Below are positions 36,569 to 46,009 of a DNA stretch of 64,000 bases, piece by piece; position 1 is the stretch's first letter, and each line of letters opens with the position of its first letter. The stretch comes from Candidatus Poriferihabitaceae bacterium (GTDB lineage: Bacteria; Pseudomonadota; Gammaproteobacteria; Arenicellales; Poriferihabitantaceae). A model generated the notes under the pieces. That model ran no database searches and was not told where the DNA came from. It saw nothing but the letters and a program-made list of their open reading frames with translations. Where the stretch lies: positions 520,719-584,718 of the forward strand of contig CBDBJR010000002.1 of NCBI GenBank assembly GCA_965206445.1. The letters run 5' to 3'. A program made the translations under genes and the position numbers.

Positions 36569-38785
36569 ATGCCCGACCACCCGACGCCGGATCTGCAAAC
36601 GCTGGAGCGGCAATACGACACCGCCCTGCAAACCCGCGACAACGGCCAATCGCTTGGCCGCCTGCTGTATTGGTTGTCGATCGGGTTTGCGCTGTATCAC
36701 CTGTGGACTGCGGGCTTCGGCACGCCGGTGGACTACGTCCACATGGGGCTGCACCTGTCCGGGCTGTTTGTGTTCATCTTCATCGGCTTTCCGCTGCTGC
36801 GCAACCGGCACTACCTCGACTACCGCCCGCGCAGCGCCCTGGTCTGGGGCAACGTGCCGGCCTACGATTGGCTCCTGCTGACGCTGGGCGTCGCCGCCGC
36901 GCTGTTTCTGTGGCTCAGTTGGCGCGGGGTGGCGGTGCTCGACTGGTCGATCCCGGAGCAAATGCTCCGGCAGGGCAACCCGAGCGGCGTGGACGTTTTT
37001 TTCGGCTCTTTTCTGGTGCTCGCCTGCCTGGAAATCGCCCGCCGCACAATCGGCGTTATCCTACCGCTGATCATCCTGGTGTTTATCATCTTCGCGCTGT
37101 TCGGCCCGTACATGCCGGCGCAAATCCTGAAACACCCCGGCGTCGATTGGCGGCAGTTCATCAACAACATGTATTTCCCGTTTGAAGGCATCTTCGGCGT
37201 GACGCTGTGGGTGGTGTCCACCGTGGTGTTTCATTTCGTGCTGTTCGGCGTGATCGCCCAACGGATGGGGCTGGGGCAGTTTTTCGTTGACAATGCGATG
37301 ATCGTAGCCGGCCGCTACACCGGCGGCCCGGCCAAGGTCAGCGTCGTCTCGTCGGCTTTTTTCGGCACCATTTCCGGCTCCTCGATTGCCAACACGGTGT
37401 CCACCGGCTCGCTGACGATCCCGAATATGAAAAAAATGGGCTACCCCGGCTATTTCGCCGGCGCCGTCGAAGCGGCCGCCAGCGCCGGCGGGCAGATTAC
37501 GCCGCCGATCATGGGCGCCGCGAGTTTTCTCATGGCCGAGTATCTGGAAGTGCCGTATACCACCATCGTGATTGCCGCCATCGTACCGGCGGCGATGCAC
37601 TACATCAGCGTCATGTCGATCGTCCACTTCACGGCAAAACGGCTGGGGCTGGCGACCTACAGCAAAGCGCAACTGCCCAATCTGGTCGTCGTCTGGCGTA
37701 CCGGCTGGTTCACGGTCATCCCGCTGGTGGCGCTGCTGATGGTGCTGTTTTCCGGCTACTCGCCCAACATGGCGGCGTTTATCGGCATCAGCCTGTGCAT
37801 CGTCGTCGGCTTCACCTCGCTGCGCCAACCGGCCACGCTGCCGGTGCCGTTCGCGCTGCTGGCGTTTATTTTCTGGAAAGCGTCGCCGTTAAGCGGCGAA
37901 GGCTTTTCCCCGCTGATAGCCGGCGTGCTCGCCGCCGGCGTCGTGGTCGGGGTCCTGCACAACGGCGAGCGGCGCCGGTTCAGGCAACTGTTCGACAGCA
38001 TGCACGTCGGCGTCCAATACGCGCTGGCGGTGGGCGCCGCATCGGCGGCGGTCGGCATTGTCGTCGGCGTCATCAACACCACCGGGGTCGGGTTCCGGCT
38101 GGGGTTTATGGTCACCTCCGGCGCGGCCGACCTGTCCGTCGGCCTGCATGCGCTGATCGGCTGGATTCCGATAGCGGCGTTTTCGCCGGCCTCGCTGCAG
38201 CAGTTCTTATCGCTGGTGATGATCGCCATCGCCTGTATTTTGATGGGTGCCGGGCTGCCGACCACCGCGCTGTACATCATGCTGGTCGCGGTCGCCCAGC
38301 CGGCGCTGGCCGATTTGGGCGTGCCGGCGCTGGCAACCCACATGTTTGTGCTGTATTACGGCGTCATTTCCGAGATCACCCCGCCGGTCTGCGCCTCGGC
38401 CTATGCGGCCGCCGGCATCGCCAATGCCAACCCGTTTCGCACCGGCCTGAACGCCTTCACGCTCGGGCTGGGCAAGCTGATGGTGCCGATGGTGTTTGTC
38501 TATGCGCCCACCATCCTGCTGGTCATCCCCGGCTATTTCACGCTGTCCTCCTTCCTGCAAGTGGCGCTCACCTGCGCCATCGGCGTGTTTGCGATTGCCA
38601 CCGCGGTGTCGGCGTATTATTTGCAGCCGCTGACCGGCATCTGGCGCTTCGGCATGGCAGTCGGCGGGCTGCTGCTGGTGGCGCCGGGCACCAACAGCGA
38701 TCTGCTGGCGCTGGTGATCGTGCTGCCGGTGCTGCTGCAACAATACCGCGCGTTGAAGGCGCAGCCGGCGGTGCGCCCGGCCTAG
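36569..38785 (+). CDS. TRAP transporter fused (4TM/12TM) permease, TAXI-associated
   Basis: 738-aa polytopic protein immediately downstream of the TAXI receptor. Confidence 0.85.
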   Translation: MPDHPTPDLQTLERQYDTALQTRDNGQSLGRLLYWLSIGFALYHLWTAGFGTPVDYVHMGLHLSGLFVFIFIGFPLLRNRHYLDYRPRSALVWGNVPAYDWLLLTLGVAAALFLWLSWRGVAVLDWSIPEQMLRQGNPSGVDVFFGSFLVLACLEIARRTIGVILPLIILVFIIFALFGPYMPAQILKHPGVDWRQFINNMYFPFEGIFGVTLWVVSTVVFHFVLFGVIAQRMGLGQFFVDNAMIVAGRYTGGPAKVSVVSSAFFGTISGSSIANTVSTGSLTIPNMKKMGYPGYFAGAVEAAASAGGQITPPIMGAASFLMAEYLEVPYTTIVIAAIVPAAMHYISVMSIVHFTAKRLGLATYSKAQLPNLVVVWRTGWFTVIPLVALLMVLFSGYSPNMAAFIGISLCIVVGFTSLRQPATLPVPFALLAFIFWKASPLSGEGFSPLIAGVLAAGVVVGVLHNGERRRFRQLFDSMHVGVQYALAVGAASAAVGIVVGVINTTGVGFRLGFMVTSGAADLSVGLHALIGWIPIAAFSPASLQQFLSLVMIAIACILMGAGLPTTALYIMLVAVAQPALADLGVPALATHMFVLYYGVISEITPPVCASAYAAAGIANANPFRTGLNAFTLGLGKLMVPMVFVYAPTILLVIPGYFTLSSFLQVALTCAIGVFAIATAVSAYYLQPLTGIWRFGMAVGGLLLVAPGTNSDLLALVIVLPVLLQQYRALKAQPAVRPA

Positions 38786-38973
38786 TCGATGCGCCGACCG
38801 CCGGCGGTCATCGGCCCGGGCGGCAGTGCAACGCGCATGGATGCGCGCGGTTGGTGGTATACTGATTCGACTGACCGCCCCGCCCACGCCGGCACCAACC
38901 GCCGACCGGCCCCGGCGAATCGACATCGGCCCGCCGGTGGCGCCGGCAGGCGAGTCAATGCCGAGGAAACAGC

Positions 38974-39315
38974 ATGTCGAAAAAGCGCATCTACAAAATC
39001 CGCTTCCACCACCACGGACAATTGTACGAATTGTACGCACGCGAGGTAGCGCAAAGCAGCCTGTACGCATTCATCGAGGTGGCGGACATCATTTTCGGGG
39101 AAAAATCCAAGCTGGTGGTTGACCCGTCCGAAGAGCGCCTCAAGGCCGAGTTCAGCCAGGTCAAGCGCACCCATATCCCGCTGCACGCAGTTGTGCGCAT
39201 CGACGAAGTAGAAAAAGAAGGCACCAACAAAATCATCGGCAAAGCCGCCGACAACAGCACCGACAACAACATCACGCCGTTCCCGCTGCCGCCGCTGCAA
39301 CCCCGCCGCGACTGA
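38974..39315 (+). CDS. DUF1820-like small protein
   Basis: 113 aa. YKIRFHHHGQLYELYAREV...LVVDPSEERLKAEF..VKRTHIPLHAVVRIDEV resembles the DUF1820 consensus as I recall it. Confidence 0.55.
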   Translation: MSKKRIYKIRFHHHGQLYELYAREVAQSSLYAFIEVADIIFGEKSKLVVDPSEERLKAEFSQVKRTHIPLHAVVRIDEVEKEGTNKIIGKAADNSTDNNITPFPLPPLQPRRD

Positions 39316-39539
39316 CCGCCGACCGGAGCGCGGGTTTTCCAACCCGCGAAACACAAGCAAAAACTCTGTGGGTGGATGCAACCCCGAAGCGCAACCGGTG
39401 GGCCGGTGCCGAGCCATGCCGGTTGTCGCTCAGCGGGGCAGGTGGCGGGCTATTACAGATGTGTGTCTGCCCTCCCCCTCACCCAACCCTCTCCCACAGG
39501 GAGAGGGCTAAAGCCGACAACCGCCTTCTCCCCCGGAAA

Positions 39540-39598
39540 GGAGAACGGGTTTTCCAACCCGTTTATTTTAAAAACACGGACAGGAATGTCCGTGCTCC
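39540..39598 (+). repeat. Two-hairpin dispersed element, copy 1 (GGAG...CTCC bounded)
   Basis: ggag-aacggg-ttttccaa-cccgtt-tattttaaaaa-cacggac-aggaat-gtccgtg-ctcc. A homologous element lies at 43635-43695 on the other strand. Confidence 0.8.
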
Positions 39599-39658
39599 TG
39601 TTCGGGATAACCGGAACCTCCCTCTCCCTCTGGGAGAGGGCCGGGGTGAGGGCCGGCG

Positions 39659-40155
39659 CTACCCGTCGCCATACAAATACGCGATCACCTGATCAGCCAG
39701 TACATCCGCATCCCCGCCGGCGCTGTTCAGCACAATTTCGGCGTTTTCCGGCGGCTCGTACGCCGAGTCGATGCCGGTAAAGTTTTTTAGCGCCCCGCTG
39801 CGCGCCTGCTTATACAACCCCTTCGGGTCGCGCTGCTCGCACACGGCCAGCGGGGCATCGACAAAAATCTCAACAAACTCACCCGGCGCCATCAACGCGC
39901 GCGCCATTTGCCGCTCGGCGCGAAACGGAGAAATAAACGCCGCCAATACAATCAGCCCGGCGTCGAGCATCAGCCGGGCGATCTCGGCAATGCGGCGGAT
40001 ATTTTCCACCCGGTCGGCGGCGGTAAACCCCAGATCCTTGTTCAACCCATGGCGCAGGTTGTCGCCGTCCAGCAGATAGGTGTGCTTGCCCAGAGCGTGG
40101 AGTTTTTGCTCCAGGCGGTCGGCGGTGGTCGATTTGCCGTCGCCGGACAGACCCG
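39659..40155 (-). pseudogene. Duplicated 3' fragment of the APS kinase domain of the CysNC-like gene
   Basis: 39603-40155 is near-identical to 40308-40860. The encoded C-terminal 128+ aa match the CysNC-like C-terminus. The P-loop reads SGDGKST instead of SGAGKST, and nothing upstream belongs to the gene. Confidence 0.85.
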
Positions 40156-40372
40156 GGATAACTGGAACCTCCCTCTCCCTCCGGGAGAGGGCCGGGGTGA
40201 GGGCCGGCGCTACCCGGCACCGGACAGACCCGGGATAACCGGAACCTCCCTCTCCCTCCGGGAGAGGGCCGGGGTGAGGGCCGCCGCTACCCGTCGCCGG
40301 ACAGACCCGGGATAACCGGAACCTCCCTCTCCCTCCGGGAGAGGGCCGGGGTGAGGGCCGCCGCTACCGGTC
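40142..40372. repeat. 77-bp tandem repeat x3, each unit containing a REP-like palindrome
   Basis: Units start at 40142, 40219 and 40296. Unit sequence: ccggacagacccgggataaccggaacctccctctccctccgggagagggccggggtgagggccgccgctacccgtcg. Confidence 0.9.
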
Positions 40373-41896
40373 GCCATACAAATACGCGATCACCTGATCA
40401 GCCAGTACATCCGCATCCCCGCCGGCGCTGTTCAGCACAATTTCGGCGTTTTCCGGCGGCTCGTAGGCCGAGTCGATGCCGGTAAAGTTTTTTAGCGCCC
40501 CGCTGCGCGCCTGTTTATACAACCCCTTCGGGTCGCGCTGCTCGCACACGGCCAGCGGGGCATCGACAAAAATCTCAACAAACTCACCCGGCGCCATCAA
40601 CGCGCGCGCCATTTGCCGCTCGGCGCGAAACGGAGAAATAAACGCCGCCAATACAATCAGCCCGGCGTCGAGCATCAGCCTGGCGATCTCGGCAATGCGG
40701 CGGATATTTTCCACCCGGTCGGCGGCGGTAAACCCCAGATCCTTGTTCAACCCATGGCGCACATTGTCGCCGTCCAGCAGATAGGTGTGCTTGCCCAGCG
40801 CGTGGAGTTTTTGCTCCAGGCGGTCGGCGGTGGTCGATTTGCCGGCGCCGGACAGACCGGTAAACCACAGCACGCAGGGGTTTTGCCCGTTGGCGCGCGC
40901 CCGCGCCGCCTTATCGACCTTCATATCCCGCCAGACGACGTTGCCGGCGCGGCGCAGCGCGAAATCGACCATGCCGACCCCGACCGCGGCATGGGTGAAT
41001 TTGTCGCTGATAACAAACCGCCCGGCGCGGCGGTCGTCGGCGTCCACCGCCCGGTCGAGCGCCAGCTTGCAGTAGCCTATCCGGTTGGCGTCCAGCGTTT
41101 TCACCGCCGCCTTGCCCAGCGTCTCGACCTCGACCCGGTGCACCAGGTCGGTTATCTGCAACTCGACCTGCTGTGTGCCAAAGCGGGCCGGGTAGCTGCG
41201 CTCCGGCAGCAGCGGCGCGTCATCCAGCCACACCACGTGGGCGGCAAAGCGATCGGCGCGCGCGCGCACCGGCGCTGCGGTCGGCCGGTCGGCGCGCGCG
41301 GCCTCTTCCACCAGTACATCCGCCAGCCGCGGGCCGGTGTACCACGCCATCGGCGTGTCAGCGTCAGCATCAGCCGCGTCAGCAGCGGTCGCGTCAGCAG
41401 CGGCAAAACAGGCAACATTGTCCCCGGTGGCCGCACACACCGGTATCGCCCGCACCCGCTCGATGCCGGCGCGCTGCGCGAAATCGCGATAATCCGCCAC
41501 CACGGCGTCAAATACCGCGCGGCTGTAATCCACCCGATCCATCCCGTTCACCGCCAGCAGCCAGCGGCGCACGCCGAGCAGCGCGGCCGCATAAGTATGC
41601 AGGCGCGTCCGTGCCAGCAGGCCGGCGCCGGCGTCCACCACAACCAGCGCCAACCCGGCATCACCGGCGGCCGCGGCCACCAGCCGCAGATGCCGGTCGT
41701 CATCCGGAATATCGACCGCGCCAAACACCCGCCCGGCGAGCGCAAAACACCGATACGAAACCGCCGCCAGCGCGCTGCGCTCGACCTGCTCCGTCGCCCG
41801 GTCGTCGGCCGCGTCAATCAGGCGCGCGAGCAAGGTTGACTTGCCGTGCCCGACCGCCCCGCAGACAATCACCCCGGTTTGCCGGTGCGCACTCAC
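40364..41896 (-). CDS. cysNC: CysN-like GTPase domain fused to adenylylsulfate (APS) kinase
   Basis: The C-terminal APS kinase domain is intact ([13 protein letters not shown]...[17 protein letters not shown]). The N-terminal GTPase-like domain has G1 [10 protein letters not shown] but a degenerate G3 (DIPDDDRH) and G4 NGMD. The GTG start at 41896 overlaps the sulfotransferase stop (GTGA). Confidence 0.7.
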   Translation of the reverse strand: MSAHRQTGVIVCGAVGHGKSTLLARLIDAADDRATEQVERSALAAVSYRCFALAGRVFGAVDIPDDDRHLRLVAAAAGDAGLALVVVDAGAGLLARTRLHTYAAALLGVRRWLLAVNGMDRVDYSRAVFDAVVADYRDFAQRAGIERVRAIPVCAATGDNVACFAAADATAADAADADADTPMAWYTGPRLADVLVEEAARADRPTAAPVRARADRFAAHVVWLDDAPLLPERSYPARFGTQQVELQITDLVHRVEVETLGKAAVKTLDANRIGYCKLALDRAVDADDRRAGRFVISDKFTHAAVGVGMVDFALRRAGNVVWRDMKVDKAARARANGQNPCVLWFTGLSGAGKSTTADRLEQKLHALGKHTYLLDGDNVRHGLNKDLGFTAADRVENIRRIAEIARLMLDAGLIVLAAFISPFRAERQMARALMAPGEFVEIFVDAPLAVCEQRDPKGLYKQARSGALKNFTGIDSAYEPPENAEIVLNSAGGDADVLADQVIAYLYGDR

Positions 41897-42633
41897 GCGA
41901 CCACCAGCCGCTGCGCGTACAGATGTTGGTAATGCGGCAGCACCTGCCGATACACCGCCTGCACCCACGGCGGCGCGGCGGCGATATCGGCATACCGGCG
42001 CGGCTGCGGCTTCAGCCCGTCGGAATCCCGCAGGTTGGCATGAAACGAGCCGCCGTCCCACCAGCTCACCGCATCGCGCGCGCCCGGCTGCCAGCGCATC
42101 GCCGCCGGCAGAAACGGAATCCGCACCGCGCGGCACCAGGCGGCGACCACGCGCTGCGGGTCGGCGAGCAAATCGTCGCTGTCGATCACCGGCGGTGGAC
42201 GACTGTCGTGCGCCCACAGGCGGTCAAACAACGCCCGCTGCTCGGCAAAGCCGACCTCCTTGATGTGAAAATCCGGCCATCGAGCAAACATTGACATCAG
42301 CGTCCGGGCCGGGTCGCGGATCAGAAAAGAGTGCGTGAACATATTCAGCAAGTCGTCGTCCCACAAGTGATCGATATACAACGGAAAGTCTTTCGTGAAC
42401 ACCGCGCCCCGGGCCGCCGCCGCGCGCAGCGTGTCGATAACGCGGTGCAGCGTCAGGCCGGGCGTGCGCAAACTGTCCGCCGTCACGCGCGGCCACAGCG
42501 GCTGCTCGCCCTGATACCAGGCTTCGCCGAACGGCTCGTGAAAGCAGGTCATATCACCGCGCTGGCGCATCATCCATTCAAACGCGGTCGAGGTCGAGCG
42601 GGGGACGGCCCACAGGGCGAGAATTTTGTTCAT
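41893..42633 (-). CDS. Sulfotransferase family protein
   Basis: N-terminal PAPS-binding-like [11 protein letters not shown] (PRSGST-type 5'-PSB loop). Coupled to the APS kinase gene. Confidence 0.65.
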   Translation of the reverse strand: MNKILALWAVPRSTSTAFEWMMRQRGDMTCFHEPFGEAWYQGEQPLWPRVTADSLRTPGLTLHRVIDTLRAAAARGAVFTKDFPLYIDHLWDDDLLNMFTHSFLIRDPARTLMSMFARWPDFHIKEVGFAEQRALFDRLWAHDSRPPPVIDSDDLLADPQRVVAAWCRAVRIPFLPAAMRWQPGARDAVSWWDGGSFHANLRDSDGLKPQPRRYADIAAAPPWVQAVYRQVLPHYQHLYAQRLVVA

Positions 42634-42663
42634 GCCGGCGCCGGCAACGCAAACCGAAAGGCA

Positions 42664-43539
42664 CTACCCCGCCGGCGACAGCGTCGACAGCAACCGCCCC
42701 TGAGCGGTAACCGGCGCCAGCCCCAGGGTTTTGAAAATGCGCCAGTACAGCGCGCTGTCAGAGGCCACAATCGGCTTGCCCACCAGCGCCTCCAACTCGA
42801 CCTCGCAGGCCGACATGCGCCGCGGCAGGCCGTTTGCGGCGCGGAAATTGGGCATCCCGCAGACCGCATAGGCATCCACGTCGGGGGCCAGCTCGGCCAC
42901 CCGCTGCATCGAGCGCGCGGCCACGTCGGTGGGGAATATCCAGGTCAAATCGTTGACCTGCTGCTGCGTTGGATACAACCCCTGGTCAACAAAGTTGCCG
43001 TACCACACCAAATCGAAGCCGGCCTGACGGAGAAAACGGGCGATCCCGTCGCGCCAGTCGGGCCAATAATAAACCGCATTCAGCGCAATCTTTTCCGCGC
43101 CCAGCGCGCGCAACCCGTCAACCAGGCACAACCCGGCCATGTGAAACGGCGTCGCGTAGGTATCGCTGATGCGCTCACAAAGCGCGCGGATCTCGTCCGG
43201 CGTCCGGCCACCGGCGTGCACCCAGTTGGTACCGACCTGCGCGCACACATCGGCGCCGTTATTGGCCATGCACTCGACAAACTCCTCCAGCAAATCGAAA
43301 TTCTGCCGCCGCTGTTCGAGCGCGTGCGCATAGCCGGGCAAGTGCAGCATGCGCCCGTGCACCCCGACGGTAGCCGGCGCCAGGCGCAAAAAATCGCTCG
43401 GCGCCGCGTCGAAATCGTGCGGCGGAGCGGTGAACCCCACCTGATGCGGAAACAGCTTGTTAGCCGGGTCGCTCCATCTGGCCGGTTTGGTATAAGTCTG
43501 CATGTCGATCAGCCCGGTTAGTCGATTGCCATCCCGCAC
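42664..43539 (-). CDS. Asp/Glu racemase / maleate isomerase / arylmalonate decarboxylase superfamily protein
   Basis: About 290 aa with an alternating alpha/beta pattern and a conserved Cys context (AYAVCGMPNF). The start is uncertain (GTG 43539 or ATG 43503). Confidence 0.5.
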   Translation of the reverse strand: MRDGNRLTGLIDMQTYTKPARWSDPANKLFPHQVGFTAPPHDFDAAPSDFLRLAPATVGVHGRMLHLPGYAHALEQRRQNFDLLEEFVECMANNGADVCAQVGTNWVHAGGRTPDEIRALCERISDTYATPFHMAGLCLVDGLRALGAEKIALNAVYYWPDWRDGIARFLRQAGFDLVWYGNFVDQGLYPTQQQVNDLTWIFPTDVAARSMQRVAELAPDVDAYAVCGMPNFRAANGLPRRMSACEVELEALVGKPIVASDSALYWRIFKTLGLAPVTAQGRLLSTLSPAG

Positions 43540-43634
43540 GGTCGGGGCAGCCTGACCGCATATCGTAGCCGATTGCGCGGCCTGAGAATGAAACGGCGTT
43601 GATTATATACCGTACCAACAGTTGAATTGGGACA

Positions 43635-43695
43635 GGAGCACAGGCATTCCTGCCTGTGTTTATTTATATTTCGCGGGCTGGAAAGCCCGCGCTCC
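43635..43695 (-). repeat. Two-hairpin dispersed element, copy 2
   Basis: Minus strand reads ggag-cgcggg-ctttccag-cccgcg-aaatataaataaa-cacaggc-aggaat-gcctgtg-ctcc. The architecture matches 39540-39598, with compensatory stem changes. Confidence 0.8.
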
Positions 43696-43696
43696 T

Positions 43697-44896
43697 TTAG
43701 GCGGCACTGCGCCGCCGCGCTCGACGATGGGCCGCCAGGCACAGCCCCTGACCGACCGCCAGCAGCACAATCAACACCCACAGCAGCAGCCGATAGCCGC
43801 CCAGACGCCACACCAGCGAGCCGAAATACGGCGCCGCCGCCACGCCCGCCAGATACAGCAGCGCCAATGCTCCGGTTTTGTCGCCGAAGTTGTCGGCGCC
43901 CAGCACATCGCGTGCAATCAACGGGCGAATGATGCTGACCACGCCGTAGCCGCCGCCAAACAGCACCACGAAGCCGAGCAGCAATGCCGGTCGGTCGGCC
44001 GTGGCGGCGGATAGCAGCAGCACCGAGAGGCCGACGACGGCAAAACAGCCGATTGTGATGGCGGCATTGGATACGTATCGCTCGGCTGCCAGTATGACCA
44101 GCCGGCCGACAACCTGCATCGGGCCGATCAGCGACACCGCCAGGATGGCCACCCCGGCGGCAATGCCGCGTTCATCCAGCAGCGGCAGCAGGTGATGCAG
44201 TACCACGCCATGCGACAGCGCCATCATCGCAAAGCTCAGCCCCAGACACCAGAAGACCGCATTCGGCGAAAACACCGGCCACAGCCGGCTCCTGCCCGGT
44301 TGGCGGCGGTGGGTTTCGGCAGCGTCGCGCTCGGTGCACCGATTGACGCGCCGCGCACCCAGCCACATCAACGGCGCGGCAACCAATATCGCCATTGCGG
44401 CAAAAATCCGCACCGTGCTGCGCCAGCCGACCGCCTCGACCAGCACGTGGCTGAGCGGGAAGCTGATGCTGCTGGCAAATCCGGCAATCAGCGTGACCAG
44501 GATGATGGCGTGTTTGGCGCGCGCGCCGTGCGCTCGGGTAATCAGCGCAAAACACGGGTCGTACAGGCAGCCGGCCAGCATCACGCCGATCACGCCCCAT
44601 ACCGTGTAGAACTGCCACAGCGCCGTCACCTCCGCCAACGCGAGCAGGCACAGGCCGCCGACCACCGTGCTGCCGGTCATCAACAGCGGGCCCTGGTGCA
44701 GGTCGATCAACCGCCCCGCCAGCGGGGATACCAGCGCCGAGATGAATACGGCGAGTGTGATGGCGCTGGTCAATTCGACCCGGGACCAGCCGAGGGCGGT
44801 TTCCCAATGCAGCAGCAGCGCCGGGAAAAGATAATACAGGCTGGCCCAGGCCAGGGTCTGCGCCACCGCCAGCAGGATAATCGGCCGGTTGTTCAT
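43697..44896 (-). CDS. MFS transporter
   Basis: 399 aa, ~12 TM helices. Confidence 0.8.
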   Translation of the reverse strand: MNNRPIILLAVAQTLAWASLYYLFPALLLHWETALGWSRVELTSAITLAVFISALVSPLAGRLIDLHQGPLLMTGSTVVGGLCLLALAEVTALWQFYTVWGVIGVMLAGCLYDPCFALITRAHGARAKHAIILVTLIAGFASSISFPLSHVLVEAVGWRSTVRIFAAMAILVAAPLMWLGARRVNRCTERDAAETHRRQPGRSRLWPVFSPNAVFWCLGLSFAMMALSHGVVLHHLLPLLDERGIAAGVAILAVSLIGPMQVVGRLVILAAERYVSNAAITIGCFAVVGLSVLLLSAATADRPALLLGFVVLFGGGYGVVSIIRPLIARDVLGADNFGDKTGALALLYLAGVAAAPYFGSLVWRLGGYRLLLWVLIVLLAVGQGLCLAAHRRARRRSAA

Positions 44897-44935
44897 GCCG
44901 GGCCGGGTTTGTATGCCGCGCCGGGCCGCTGCCGC

Positions 44936-45856
44936 TTATGCGCTGATTCGATCAGCGCGCGCACGGGCGCCTTGCCGCTTCGAGGGTTGCCGACAGTCGG
45001 GGCAGACCGGCCCGGTGCCGTCGGGTTCGCCGGGTTGCTGCGGTCGGTTGATGGGCTGTCGGCAGGTGCGGCAGGGCGTGTAGCTGCCGGCGTTCAATTG
45101 CGGCGCGAGGGCGCCCCGATCGTCGAACACAAAACAATCCCCCTGCCAGCGGGATTGCGGCTGCGGCACCGTTGCCAGGTAATTGAGGATGCCGCCTTGC
45201 AGCTGATACACCTGCTCAAACCCCTGCTGCTTCAGGTAGGCGGCCGACTTTTCGCAGCGAATCCCGCCGGTGCAGAACAGCGCCACTTGCCGCTGCCGCG
45301 ACGGGTGCAGATGGTGCGCCACATACGCGGGGAATTGGCGAAAGCGGGTGGTATGCGGATTGACCGCATGGCGGAAGGTGCCGGCGGCGATCTCATATTC
45401 GTTGCGGTTGTCGATCACCAGCACCGCCGGGTCGTCCAGCAGCGCGTTCCAGTCGGCCGGCTCGACATAGCTCCCCGGGGTTTGCACGGGGTCGATGCCG
45501 GCGACGCCCAGCGTGACGATTTCCCGTTTCAGCTTGACTTTGCTGCGCCGAAACGGCGGCGTGTCGGTAAAGGATCGATGACAGCGCAGATCTGCCAGCC
45601 CGGGTTGTCGGCGCAGCCATTGCAGCAGCCGCTGTAGCGCCCGCCCGTCGCCGGCGACGGTGCCGTTGAGGCCCTCGCAGGCCAGCAGGATGGTGCCTTT
45701 GATGCGGTGCCGCTGCATCAGCGACAGCAGCGGCCGGCGCAGGCAGCGGTAGTGCTCGAGGCGGACGAATTTGTAAAACGCCAGCACCACCAGACGGTTT
45801 GAATCGAGCGCAGGCGCAGGCGCAACGGTAGCGGCCGGTGTGTGGGTTGCGGGCAT
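44936..45856 (-). CDS. trhO: Rhodanese-domain tRNA uridine(34) hydroxylase (UPF0176/YceA family)
   Basis: AFYKF..L N-terminal block, GTILLA.EG.NGT, rhodanese active-site CTGGIRCEK and a C-terminal Cys cluster. The start is ATG 45856. Confidence 0.8.
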   Translation of the reverse strand: MPATHTPAATVAPAPALDSNRLVVLAFYKFVRLEHYRCLRRPLLSLMQRHRIKGTILLACEGLNGTVAGDGRALQRLLQWLRRQPGLADLRCHRSFTDTPPFRRSKVKLKREIVTLGVAGIDPVQTPGSYVEPADWNALLDDPAVLVIDNRNEYEIAAGTFRHAVNPHTTRFRQFPAYVAHHLHPSRQRQVALFCTGGIRCEKSAAYLKQQGFEQVYQLQGGILNYLATVPQPQSRWQGDCFVFDDRGALAPQLNAGSYTPCRTCRQPINRPQQPGEPDGTGPVCPDCRQPSKRQGARARADRISA

Positions 45857-46009
45857 GGTCAATTTCCGGTTCGGCACGGATTCGCCGAGACGAATCCGAG
45901 CGCGACAGTGTAGCGCCAAACGCCGCTCCAGGCCAGCGTGATCGCCCGCGGTGAGTGCAGTGCGGCCGGTGCTGGCCGCCGGCCCGGGGTGGGGGCCGCG
46001 CCGCCGGGG

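Noticed and set aside
39372-40315. ORFs spanning the REP and tandem-repeat region (39372-39692, 39376-39780, 39879-40220, 39908-40315)
   Set aside because: They are read-through of palindromic repeats (PLPLGEGRGEG-type peptides) or antisense to the APS-kinase fragment.
41897-42217. Upstream extension of the CysNC-like ORF to 42217
   Set aside because: The extension overlaps the 3' part of the sulfotransferase gene in another frame and is Arg/Ala-rich. GTG 41896 gives a classic 4-nt stop/start overlap and places the P-loop near the N-terminus.
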